The position numbers and the translations under genes were made by a program. DNA of 64,000 nucleotides from a bacterium (GTDB lineage: Bacteria > Myxococcota_A > UBA9042): NCBI GenBank assembly GCA_030425545.1, contig JAUIAC010000001.1, positions 3,132-67,131 of the forward strand, written 5' to 3'. Numbering within the stretch: the first letter of the stretch is position 1; each line of letters starts with the position of its first letter. Positions 20,201 to 28,700 of the stretch are shown in pieces. The notes under the pieces are model-generated. The model was not told the DNA's origin, searched no databases, and saw only the letters and a program-made list of their open reading frames with translations.

Positions 20201-20762
20201 TCTTGGGGTTGCAGGTCTCGCTGGCGCAGGGGCCACCCTCGCCCTTGCAGGTGACCACGGTCGCCGGGTTGACGCGGCACGACCACGGGAACTGATCCTT
20301 GTCGCAGAAGAGGGTGCCATTGCAGAGGTTGCCGTCCTCCTTGGCGGTGCAGTCGGCGCTGGTGACACAGCCGCAGAAGCTGAGCGATCCAGGCGTGCAG
20401 ACCCCCGCCTGGCAGGTGGCGGAGACCGTGCACGGGTCGCCGTCGTCGCACAGGGTGCCCTTGGGGCGCGGCGTGGTCTCGCACGTGCCCGTGGCCGCGA
20501 CGCAGCGCTCGTAGGTGCACGGCGTGTCCTTGCTCGGGTCACAGTCGCAGCTGGCCACGTCGAGCTTCGCGCTGCTGTCGGTCCCCCCTCCCGTGTCGAG
20601 CGGAGCGCCCGTGTCGAGGGCCGCGCCGGTGTCGGTGGCGCCGACGACGTCTCCGAGCGCGGCGTCCGCCCCGCCGGTCGGCGCCTCGTCTTCACATCCG
20701 GGCTGGGTCGCCAACATCACCAACAGCCCCCAAAACGGGGCCAACTGCCGTACGCGAGTCAT
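14214..20762 (-). CDS. giant (about 2180 aa) secreted (lipo)protein with two classes of Cys-rich repeats and two Trp-rich non-repeat domains
   Basis: Probable start ATG at 20762 gives MTRVRQLAPFWGLLVMLATQPGC... (signal peptide). There are about 9 copies of an approximately 80 aa unit (...C-x-SD-DC-x5-DGNLCNGTLYCD...C-x-NPATVV-CP...). Two approximately 400 aa W/G-rich non-repeat regions look beta-propeller-like. C-terminal CDDxNxCTxDxC repeats are of the same class as the neighbouring giant gene. A roughly 230 aa non-repeat domain sits at the C-terminus. Confidence 0.8.
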   Translation of the reverse strand: MTRVRQLAPFWGLLVMLATQPGCEDEAPTGGADAALGDVVGATDTGAALDTGAPLDTGGGTDSSAKLDVASCDCDPSKDTPCTYERCVAATGTCETTPRPKGTLCDDGDPCTVSATCQAGVCTPGSLSFCGCVTSADCTAKEDGNLCNGTLFCDKDQFPWSCRVNPATVVTCKGEGGPCASETCNPKTGSCATQTQPDATPCDDGDACTKNEACKGGVCEAKVNVCTCASDADCALVDDDNLCNGTLYCDTQHKGGDGKVAPKCKVNPATVVSCPDGNDTACAKAACQPKTGQCELVPTAGGTACDDGDKCTTGDACFIGKCVPGTNTCVCKSDAECEAKNGDGDLCNGTLFCNKVNGLCQVNPATVKVCPDTNDTACAQNTCKTLYETKAGKQVPKEAACTLVPVTDKSLTPCDDGDPCTKGDLCKGGKCAAGTYTCYCKSDKDCAGEEDGDQCNGTLFCNKLLGKCELNPATVVTCPSAGDNACRKNVCVKATGQCKMDTATYEGAACDDKSVCTKSDFCAAGSCVSGTYTCACKTDSDCVDVDGNKCNGVPYCDTSGALPVCKPNPASVVVCPKGDDSACIKNTCDPKTGACFLAELATQTGCDDGDACTSSDVCKGGECSGTNVCECQSDSDCLSKDDGDKCNGVPYCDTSTPGKHVCKPNPASVVVCPTAGDSACIKNTCDKKVGACYLAKLADKTLCDDGDKCTANDTCGNGKCVGGTFTCTCQSDSDCLAQDDGDLCNGVPYCDKSVPGKYACKPNPSSKVHCPQTANTQCLVNACNAKSGKCGLQPVTKGKACDDDNPCTAQDSCDSGACVGPVKADCADNDACTIDLCDKKLGCVHKQQNCADGNSCTVDKCHPKTGQCDFATVLGDGTACNADNDGCTVNDTCSKGVCKVGSTIKCTIVTKHCEKAVCKSEGQTAYKCLVVGDVDGAPCDDGASCTIGSLCKDGSCQPGKDKRLWTWSQGKTGEAYELNAADGSGGSAVVGGARHVLNQGAVSAAYAWVQALGKSGKPLWSFSHKATTPSDAVRVWTVHPLDAGGTLATGTTTVAGKPAVLFVRLDKAGKSVALREHGKWSGVEGRASALMPDKGAVVVGSAVDQGVTRVPWMRLSSSGHLSAAKLLPGLAGDVADAVDHTGANQTVVAGQSGKMAGDVRRGLLARVGATGAVLWRKNLAPNKASTDARLRAVVAQPSARLTAAGHTTDGSGTHYWLLRTDLQGKVLWQRVSPGAAAIHGMYLHGSGQLMVSGSAPDGSGGLDAWAMLTDPIGNPVWQQNFTQIDGAGAGSKPSVVLRGVHAMDGGLLLAGTRTAALQRAFVSRMSPWGQQTCESAGACATIAAAGCDDSDPCTLDRCDPKSGKCLHTTLEGLVCDPKDGCAVQGVCAAGKCKADPNGELWSRLYPWETGTEAWRVHAGVGAIRGTSDGGSVVFGHQQASQYAKYPYNGSLATVRRLDHTGSLVWQRKLTSPDPHSFKGTNKWLLERKNGEIWAGYQQQTSANGYGRSSFIVRTDVNGTALSTLNWKQKVGSTEGGIQAIAEAADGSLGYAIRYRFFRRNTSYAVVASKDFPAVGGAAAWPSRMAAASDGRWVAVGSGGGRGFATLLAPDGTAQWVVSPPGLTGITLRAARVDSGNDVRAAGWTTSTTAKRRLVVVGFAGKSGALQSVVTTAELNAGATVLAATGPQDGLAFVAKWGAGVNHKVRLFLTQPGGQPLLSRDLDAGNVASTWALGAGDDGVLIGGWAIAQDGKRKTTVARTGPWGLAPCTAAGLCKGVDPSDCDDKNACTTDSCAPGAGCTHTARSCDDGNACTTDACDKVKGCTHAPVVCDDKRSCTHNLCNVTAGGGEKAGCTFPLKPVCNDGSACTTDTCEADSSCKHTKVDCDDKSACTVDTCDKSAGCKHKSVTCNDHQPCTLDTCNKVKGCVFTALADGAVCKDGEVCVPLGPGICGGGACKVGGKAYVGCTSLSPASSCVAAKDAAGGKLDTFVGWTWLDEDKDGKNPKREWCDMKAGGFKRLYTNGVTRATNSWGPGSVMSCSGGLGQAKMWNPPAISLKYGSGTKTVTLNGALDVPQAHTAVRVRFRYHITTPNSTYKNWASAKIHLNGTLMFNGGLGGLPVVTGSSNPKAAGTCSPALGNMHALLADYQVAHTGPSVALSVQSTGMASTIWYAWPIGAVEVWVK

Positions 20763-20931
20763 CGGGTTCTCCAGCGCGAGTGAGGGGTGCCAAACGGTAC
20801 AACATCCTGGCGCGCCGCGAACGATCTGAAGCGCAGCGAGGCCCATTCCACCCGCCGAACAAACTCTCCCCACGACCCCGCCCGGTGGGTTAGGCTGCGG
20901 CGCAGCCCAGCTCGATCCAGGAGACACACGC

Positions 20932-22749
20932 ATGCCATCGACCATCGTTCGACTCCGTGACGCCCTCCGCTCTCGCCCCCGTCATCTACCGATCCTCGTC
21001 GCGTCGCTCGTCGTGCTGGCGACCGCTGGCGCCTGCGGCACGGACGCCGACAGCGGCAGCGGAGCCGACGCGGCCACGGAGAGCGACGCCGCGACGGCCG
21101 GCGCCGACACCGTGATCGCGGGAGAGGACGCGACCTCAAAAGGCGAGGGCACGCCGACCTGGCACGCGACCATCGCGCCGATCATCCAGAGCCGCTGCAG
21201 TTCCTGCCACGTCGAGGGCGGCATCGCCCCCTTCCGCCTCGACCGGGCCGAAGACTGGGAGATCATGGGCAAGCCCGCGGTGTCGGCGATGGAGTCCGGC
21301 CGCATGCCGCCGTGGCCCGCAGACCCGACCTGCGGCTCGTTCGCGCATCGCGGCGACATGCCCAAGGCCGAGATTGCGCAGGTCTCGGCCTGGGTCAACG
21401 GAGGTCGGCCCCTCGGTGATCCGAAGGACGCGCCCAAGCCCAAGGCGACCGCGCCGGTGACCTTCAAGCCCACACACTCGCTGCCCATGCCGGTCGCCTT
21501 CACGCCACCCAAAGACAACCTGGACACGTACCGGTGCTTTCTGCTCGACCTCGACACGTCGAAGGACCGCTTCATCAAGGCGACGCAGGTGGTCCCGGGG
21601 AGCGGCAAGCTGGTGCACCACGTGCTCGTGTACGCCCTGGAGGGAGACCACGTGACCAAGGCCGAGAAGGCCGACAAGGCGGAAGCCGGGCCGGGCTACA
21701 CCTGCTTCGGTGGACCGCTGCCAAACGAGAAGGAGAGCAGCCTGCTCGGGTTCACCACCGGCTTCCCGAACCAGCTCGCCGCGTGGGTGCCCGGGCTGCA
21801 GCCGTCGATCTTGGGCGACGACTACGCCATTCGGGTGAAGAAGGGCAGCCGGGTCGTCATGCAGGTGCACTACAACGTCCCGGCGGGGCAGACCGAAGCC
21901 GACCAGACCAAGCTCGAGCTGGTCGTGACCGACACGCCGCCCAAGCGGGTGCTGATCACGCGGCCGCTGGTGATCCGAGACCTCAACATCCCCGCTGGCG
22001 ACAAGGCCGCGTCGCACAGCGCGACCTACCGCTACTACGGGGACAGCGAGGTGCGCATCCACTCCATGACCGCCCACATGCACCTGCTCGGCTCACGCTT
22101 CGAGTCCGAGGTGCGGCGCAAAGACGGGACCACGGAGTGCGCCCTGCGGATCCCGGAGTGGGACTTCGCCTGGCAGCAGGCCTACCGCCGACCGCACGAC
22201 GATCCGATCGTGTTGAAAGACGGCGACGGCATGATGCTGCGGTGTGTCTACGACAACTCCGTCGCCAACCAGCCGCGGGTGAACGGCAAGCAGGTGACAC
22301 CCAAGAACGTGACCTGGGGCGACGGCACGCTGGACGAGATGTGCCTGCTCTACCTGACCATGAGCGAGCCCTACGAGGTGGGTCTGGCGGCCGACGCGCC
22401 CGCGTGTCAGGGCATCAGCGCGTGTCAGCCTGCGTGCGATCCCAAGAGCCCGACCACCTGCATCTACGACTGCGACAAGACCGAGCCCGTGTGTGGCACG
22501 TGCGCCATTGGTCAGCTGATCTCGTGCGCCGGGCTGGGCTGCGCGGCGTCGATGCTGGGCGCGCAGGACTGCCTGACCAACTGCCTGATCGGCTCGCTGA
22601 TGCTCGACGCCAACCCCGCGTCGTGCTTGACCACGCAGTGCAAGAGCAAGTGGGAGAAGGTGCAGGCCTGCCTCGACCCCAAGATCGCCAAGGGCGACTG
22701 CGACAAGCACCTCAAGACCTGTGGCGTGGCTTTTGGCGCGGGAAAGTAG
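20932..22749 (+). CDS. lipoprotein with N-terminal Planctomycete-type cytochrome c (PSCyt1-like, CxxCH) domain fused to a copper type II ascorbate-dependent monooxygenase-like (PHM/DBH-like) domain and a Cys-rich C-terminal tail
   Basis: Signal peptide with ...LVVLATAGAC G. The segment IAPIIQSRCSSCHVEGGIAPFRLD carries a CxxCH heme motif in a PSCyt1-like context. Cu-site-like motifs are present: VHHVLVY (HH), AHMHLLG (HxH) and GTLDEMCLLY (DEMC Met ligand). The C-terminal approximately 120 aa has about 16 Cys. Confidence 0.65.
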   Translation: MPSTIVRLRDALRSRPRHLPILVASLVVLATAGACGTDADSGSGADAATESDAATAGADTVIAGEDATSKGEGTPTWHATIAPIIQSRCSSCHVEGGIAPFRLDRAEDWEIMGKPAVSAMESGRMPPWPADPTCGSFAHRGDMPKAEIAQVSAWVNGGRPLGDPKDAPKPKATAPVTFKPTHSLPMPVAFTPPKDNLDTYRCFLLDLDTSKDRFIKATQVVPGSGKLVHHVLVYALEGDHVTKAEKADKAEAGPGYTCFGGPLPNEKESSLLGFTTGFPNQLAAWVPGLQPSILGDDYAIRVKKGSRVVMQVHYNVPAGQTEADQTKLELVVTDTPPKRVLITRPLVIRDLNIPAGDKAASHSATYRYYGDSEVRIHSMTAHMHLLGSRFESEVRRKDGTTECALRIPEWDFAWQQAYRRPHDDPIVLKDGDGMMLRCVYDNSVANQPRVNGKQVTPKNVTWGDGTLDEMCLLYLTMSEPYEVGLAADAPACQGISACQPACDPKSPTTCIYDCDKTEPVCGTCAIGQLISCAGLGCAASMLGAQDCLTNCLIGSLMLDANPASCLTTQCKSKWEKVQACLDPKIAKGDCDKHLKTCGVAFGAGK

Positions 22750-22773
22750 GCCCTGCACCAGGATCCGCCACGC

Positions 22774-24636
22774 TTGAACCTGTCGACGGCGCTCGGCGCC
22801 GCGGCGTCCGTGACGCTGGTGTTGGCGGCGTTCGCCCTGTGGGGCCCGGACCCGCACGCGGTCGCGGACGCCGCCCTGGCCCGGGCAACCGCCAAGGTCG
22901 CGCAGCCCGTGCAAGACCCGGACGGGGTGTGTCCGGTGACCGCAGCGGCGCACACAGGCGGGACCGGCGGGACGCTGGTGTGTCGGCGCGACGCTGCGGC
23001 CGGTCGGCTGACGCTCGTCGCGGCGCGCGCGCCGCAGGCCGGCATGGCCGGTCGCCTCGACGCTGCGCGGGGAGGCGGGGACACGATCTCCACGCCGGCG
23101 CACAGCGTGCCGCTGCCGGGCCCGTCTTCGCTGGTCGGCCCGCTGGCGGCGGTCGCCCTCGTGCTGGCCCTCCGACGCGCGGCCTTGGGCCTCTTCCTCG
23201 CCGTCATCGCGGGCGCCATCGCCGCCATGGGACCTGTGGCCGGGCTCCGCGCCGCCGCGGTCGACGTGTTCTGGCCGACGCTGACGAACACCGACAACCT
23301 GCTGATCCTGGCCTTCACGGCGACGATGCTCGGCATGGTGCACGTGGCCATGGCCGCGGGCGGCTTCACCGACCTCGCGCGCCGCGTCGCTGCCGGCGCG
23401 GGGGCCCATGCCGAGGGCGCGCGCCGACGGACGCGCATGGCCACGTGGCTGCTGGGCCTGGTGGTCTTCTTCGACGACTACGCCAACTCCCTGGTGGTGG
23501 GTAGCAGCCTGCGGCCACTGGCGGACCGCACCGGCGTGAGCCGGGCCAAGCTCGCCTACCTGGTCGACGCGACCTCGGCGGCCGTCGCCGGCGTGGCCAT
23601 CGTCTCCACCTGGGTGGGTTTCGAGGTCGGCCTGCTCCAAGACCAGATCGCCAGGTTCGACGGCATCGCCACGGCGGGATACGGCGTCTTCATGGCCGCC
23701 CTGCCCTACCGGTTCTACTGCGTGCTCACCATCGTCTTCGCCGGCCTCATCGCCTGGACAGGCCGCGACTTCGGGCCCATGGCCAAGGCCGAGGCGCAGG
23801 CGCGCGCCGCGACCCCGACCGCCGACGCCGCGCCGGGTCGCGCGCACTGGGGCGACGCGCTGCTGCCCGTGTTGGTGGTGGTCGCCACGGTCGTCGGCGC
23901 AGACCTGGCGCTCGGCTGGAGCGCAGGGGGCGGGCTGCTGACGCGCTTCATCGCAGGCGCCGAGTCCGCCGGGCTGAAGGTGCTCGCCGCCGCCGGCGCG
24001 GCCGGGTCACTGGCCGCTGTGGTGGGCGCCGTGGCGCGTCGGCTGCTCTCCCCCGCGCAGGCGCTCTCGGCCTGGGCCGCTGGCGTCCGCGCCATGGCGC
24101 CTGTGTTGGCGATCCTGGTGTCCGCCATGGCGATGCGCGTCGTGTGCGAGCTCGCGGGGACCCCAGGCTACCTCGCCGCGCTGCTCGGCGGCGTCCACGA
24201 CGCGTGGGTCCCCGTGCTGAGCTTCTTCGTCGCGGCGGTCGTCGCGTCCATGACCGGCTCGAGCTGGGCGACCATGGGCATCTTGCTGCCCATCGTCGTG
24301 CCCCTGGCCGCTCGCGCCCCGGGTCCCGAGGGCATCTGGCTGCTGGCGGCGACGGCGGCGGTGCTCGACGGCGCGATCTTTGGTGACCACTGCTCGCCGA
24401 TCAGCGACACGACGGTGATGAGCTCGGCCGCGTCGGGCTGTCCCCACGACCAGCACGTGCTCACGCAGCTGCCCTACGCCCTGACCGTGATGGTGGCGGC
24501 CGCGGGCTTCGGCTACCTCGGGAGCGCCTGGCTCGAGATCCAGCCCTGGTGGGTCCTGCCACCCGCCGCGCTGGCGCTGGCGCTCTTCCTTCGCCTGGTG
24601 GGGACGCGCGCGCCGAGCCCGACGACCGGGAGCTGA
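22774..24636 (+). CDS. NhaC-family Na+/H+ antiporter-like membrane protein
   Basis: 620 aa with a TTG start in the track. The polytopic region ...FFDDYANSLVVGSSLRPLADRTGVSRAKLAYLVDATSAAVAG... resembles the Na_H_antiporter (NhaC/MleN) C-terminal domain. The start may be downstream of 22774. Confidence 0.55.
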   Translation: MNLSTALGAAASVTLVLAAFALWGPDPHAVADAALARATAKVAQPVQDPDGVCPVTAAAHTGGTGGTLVCRRDAAAGRLTLVAARAPQAGMAGRLDAARGGGDTISTPAHSVPLPGPSSLVGPLAAVALVLALRRAALGLFLAVIAGAIAAMGPVAGLRAAAVDVFWPTLTNTDNLLILAFTATMLGMVHVAMAAGGFTDLARRVAAGAGAHAEGARRRTRMATWLLGLVVFFDDYANSLVVGSSLRPLADRTGVSRAKLAYLVDATSAAVAGVAIVSTWVGFEVGLLQDQIARFDGIATAGYGVFMAALPYRFYCVLTIVFAGLIAWTGRDFGPMAKAEAQARAATPTADAAPGRAHWGDALLPVLVVVATVVGADLALGWSAGGGLLTRFIAGAESAGLKVLAAAGAAGSLAAVVGAVARRLLSPAQALSAWAAGVRAMAPVLAILVSAMAMRVVCELAGTPGYLAALLGGVHDAWVPVLSFFVAAVVASMTGSSWATMGILLPIVVPLAARAPGPEGIWLLAATAAVLDGAIFGDHCSPISDTTVMSSAASGCPHDQHVLTQLPYALTVMVAAAGFGYLGSAWLEIQPWWVLPPAALALALFLRLVGTRAPSPTTGS

Positions 24637-24710
24637 CCCCCGTCACGCGTCGCGGCCCTCACGTCGCGGCCCTCACGTCGCGGCCCACGCGTCGCAGTCC
24701 GCGCGTCGGA

Positions 24711-25556
24711 CTACCTGGTCGGCGCCGGCCGCGGCGGGGCAGCCGGCGGGGTCGGCTTGGTGCGGACGGGGGGCGCCGCGTTGGCGGGCGCGGCCTTCTT
24801 GGGCTGGAAGCGAGCTGGGATGGTGCCGCCCTGCTCGGGGTTGTAGCGCTTGTGGAACGCGCTGTAGCGGCCCTTGGTCTTCTTCAGCTGGCGTCGCAGC
24901 CCCTGCAGCGTGTGCAGCGGGATCTTGCGCGACGCCGCCTTGACCAACCAGGCCGGTAGCCAGCCGCCCGGGTCGCTGTAGACCTGATAGGTCGTCCGAA
25001 TCTGCCCTGGCTTGAGCAGCTCGAACTTGAAGAAGCCGCGCATCTTGGTCATGCGCACGACGCCGCTCTTCGGCGGGACATGCCCGCGCACGGCGCGAAA
25101 GGGGCTGCGGACGATCTTGCGCACCGGGTCCACGGTCACCGAGCCCTTGAACACCATGTCGCGGTCGCTCACGGGCCAGGGAGAGTCCAGTCGGTGGTAC
25201 ATGAGCCGGTCGAACTCGTTGTACTTCTTGATGATGCGCATGACCTTGCAGCTCGCCTGCCACTCGCAGTGACGGGGCGCGTCGTCGAGGATGGCGAGCA
25301 GGTCGAAGATGCCGCAGTTCAGTACGGTCACGCCGCGAAACTCCGGAAAGTCCTGACCCGGGATGTCACGAGCGGAGACACGGACCCCGTCCTCGGTGAA
25401 CACGTGGCGCCACGCCGGACGGGGCGCGGCCTGGGCAGAGGTGGCCACAAGGGAGAGCAGGGACAGCCACAGGAGTCCCCGCCGGCAGGCTGCGCCGCTC
25501 GGGAGCAGCGGGCTCCGGGCCTCCACCTGGCGTGGAGCGAAGGTTCGACGGCACAT
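24711..25556 (-). CDS. secreted START/SRPBCC (lipid-binding) domain protein with Pro-rich C-terminal tail
   Basis: The N-terminal signal peptide (...LLSLVATSAQA) is followed by ...FDRLMYHRLDSPWPVSDRDMVFKGSVTVD...WLVKAASRK..., which looks like a START-domain beta-grip. Assignment by eye only. Confidence 0.5.
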   Translation of the reverse strand: MCRRTFAPRQVEARSPLLPSGAACRRGLLWLSLLSLVATSAQAAPRPAWRHVFTEDGVRVSARDIPGQDFPEFRGVTVLNCGIFDLLAILDDAPRHCEWQASCKVMRIIKKYNEFDRLMYHRLDSPWPVSDRDMVFKGSVTVDPVRKIVRSPFRAVRGHVPPKSGVVRMTKMRGFFKFELLKPGQIRTTYQVYSDPGGWLPAWLVKAASRKIPLHTLQGLRRQLKKTKGRYSAFHKRYNPEQGGTIPARFQPKKAAPANAAPPVRTKPTPPAAPPRPAPTR

Positions 25557-25752
25557 GGCGAGCTCCTGGGTGCGCGGGTCGAGCGACGCTGTAGCACATC
25601 CACGGCGGGGGATGCGGTGGGTGGCGGAGAATCACGACCTCGCCGGCGCGCTTTCAGTTGGCGGACACACGCTGCTATGCTGCCGCGTCCCGACTCCCCC
25701 ACAACGCCGCGGCCCCCCTCCACCGAACCCGGCGAGAGCAACGCAGACCTAC

Positions 25753-28700
25753 ATGGCTCGACGTCCCCCACGCTCCTCCAGTCCCAGCGGCGTTCACCCG
25801 CCCGCCGTCCCAGGGTCCGCGGCCCCGGGCGGCCCCGCCGGGGGCGCCACCGCGCCGGCCGGGTCGGACGACGCCGTCCTGGAAGACCGACGCGAGCAGT
25901 ACCGACGCGCCAGCGGGTCGTTCCGCTCACGCGACTTCCGCAAGCCGCAGCTCGCCGCGGGGCTCGACGACCCGATGGCCGACCAGGACCGCCGCCGGTC
26001 GTCGGCGCAGCGGCCTGCCGTGCTCCTGGATCCCACAGAGCTCTACGAGGCGTCGCGGAGCGGCGTCGTCACAGGAGGCGCCGCCAGCGCCGGGGGCGCG
26101 GCCCGCGCGCCGACCGCAGCGCCGCCGCCGCGGGTCGTGCAGGGCGGCTCCCAGCCCGCTCGGCGCGCTGGCGCGCAGGGCCCAAGCGGCCGTGGTCGTG
26201 CGGGCGCCGCCCGCGACGGCGCCGACGCTCCGGCAGCTCCCAGCGCCGAAGGGGCTCAGCACGACGGCGGCGCGGCGCGGCGCGACGCAAGCGCCCGCGG
26301 TCTGCGTCCGGCGGGGCCGGTGCCGTGGGCGGCCCTCGCCCTCATCGCCGCACTGGCGCTCGGCGCGACCCTACTGCTGCCGCTGGTGGCCGAGGGGCCG
26401 ATGCTGTGGAAGCTCCTCGGCGAGCCGACGCTGGCGCCGTGGCCGCTAGGCGGGCGGATCACCGCCGGGGTCGTGGTCCTGGCCCTCGTCGCGCTCGTCG
26501 TCAGCGCGAGCCAGGGCGCCCTGCGCGCCGGGCTGGGCGAGTCCGCCCTGCCCAACGCCGCGCTGATGGGGTCCGGCCTGCTGGCGGCGGGCCACCTCGT
26601 GTTCCGAGCGGCCGCCGCTCCAGGGGGCCTCAACGCGCCGCTGGCCCCGCTCCGAGGGGACCTGGGCGGCGTGCCCGACGCGGTCTGGCTCGGTCTCGCA
26701 GCCGGTGGCCTCCTGGCGGTGACCGAGCGGCAGTCGCAGCGCATGGCGCGCACGGTCGCGCTCATCGGCGGGCTCGGCCTCGCGCTGGCGTGGTGGACGC
26801 CGCTGGGGTTCGCCGGGCAGTCCTTCGTACCGCTGCTCACGGCGCTCTCCGGTACCGCGGCGCCGGCCGAGGGCGCCCTCCAGCTGGCGGCGTGGGTCGA
26901 CGCGCCGGGCGCCGTGATCCTCGGATCCTTTACGCCCCTGCTCGTGTTGGTCCCACTCCTGTGGCCGCGGGCCCTGCCGCCGCTCGTCATGCGTGGCCTC
27001 GCCGCGGCATGTGTCGCGGTGGTCCCCGCTGTGGCGGCGCTGTCCTCAGGCGACGGCACGCTGGTCGTGGCCGGCGGCGCGCTCGCGACCGGCGCCACCG
27101 CGCTGCTGGTCGCCGCCTCGGTCGGGCTCACCCTCGACCGGCTCACGACACGCTGGGACGACGAAGCGCTGATGACGCTGGAGATCCTCGCGGTGGTGCT
27201 GGTGGTGGGCGTCTGGACCATCGCCAAGATCAACGGCATGCGCTACTCGGCCACCGACGAGGGCGTGTACTTCTACGCCGCCAAGGCGTGGGCCTCGGGG
27301 CTGTGGCCTTATCACGACTTCTTCTTCAGCCATCCTCCGCTCCACATCCTGATCCCGGCCGTGTTCTTCGCGATCTTCGGCTTCTCCGTCACCGTGGCGA
27401 AGTCGATCTCGGTGGCCGCGGCGGGCATCGCTGGGCTCTTCATCTGGCGAACGGGACGGCGCTGGTTCGACCCGCTCACCGGCGTGGTCGCCATGACCCT
27501 CTTCCTCTTCGCCGGCGAGGTGATGAAGTCCAGCACCAACCTCACCGGGATCAACCTCACGACCATGTGGGCCTGCGCTGGGCTCTGGGCCGCGCTGCGT
27601 CGCAAGAGCTTCCTGGCGGGCGCGCTGCTCGGCGCCGCCGCCTGCACCGGCTTCTACAGCGTCGGCTACTTCCTCACGCTGACCGTGCTCGCCCTGCTCG
27701 CGCCCGACCTCGACCCGGACAAGAACCGGCCGATGGTCGACCGCGTGTTGGGGCAACCAGGGGTCCAGCTCCTGCTCGGGTTCGCGGTGGTGTTCGGCGC
27801 GGTGAACCTGGTCTTCTTCCTGCTCGCCGGCGAGGACTACCTCACCGGGGTCTACCGCTACCACTTCCTCAAGCGGGCCAAGCTGGCCGGCTTCACCCCG
27901 CTCGACGAGGGGCTGCACGCCCTGCCGCAGAACCTGGCGCTCATGCTCGGTGGCCGGGACTTTCGGGTGTCGCTCTACTACCACGGCGCCCACTACGTGC
28001 TGGCCTTCCTCGCGCCGCTCTCGCTGGTGGCCACCGTCGCCATTCGCCGGCACGCGCAGAAGGCCACGCCGCACCTGTTTCACGCCCCCAAGGGGCTCCC
28101 GCCCCACCTGGCCGACAAGGGCCGCTGGGCGATGCTGTGGGACCCACGGCTCTGGTGGACGCACCCGAAGTCCGGAGGGGCCCTCGCCCTCGTGACCGTG
28201 CTGCTGTGGGCGATGCTGACGGAGTTCGCTCAGTTCAAGGAGCGCTACGACTTCTACTACACGCTGGTGTTGCCGCTGCTGAGCCTGCTCGCAGCGGCGT
28301 GGCTCCACGGTCTGGTGCGGCTGGGCCGCTGGGCCGCTGGGTGCGGCGCCCGGTGGCGTCGGCCTGCCGAGGGACCCGAGGCCCGCGGGCTCTTCCAGCC
28401 CGCGCCCAAGGCCGCGGCGCCCATCTTTGCGGCGGCGCTGGCGCTGACCCTGCTGTGGGTGCCGGTGAACATCTGGGCGAACGCCACGGCGTGGCCGAGC
28501 GAGGTCACGCCGCGGGGAAGCTCCAAGGGTCGGGGCGAGGTGTTGAAGTTCGACTGGATCGACGCGCCCGGCCCGAGCTTCGTCAGCGAGACCACGCGCG
28601 CCCTGCTCTGGAAGGGGCACCGCGTGCGCGGCAGCCTGGAGTCGGGGCTCCACCACTACCTGTGGAGCAAGAAGCGCTGGTTCTCCACCGCCGAGCCCAT

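Noticed and set aside
22093-23847. 584 aa minus-strand ORF opposite the PHM-like and NhaC-like genes
   Set aside because: Antisense shadow. Arg/Gly-rich translation.
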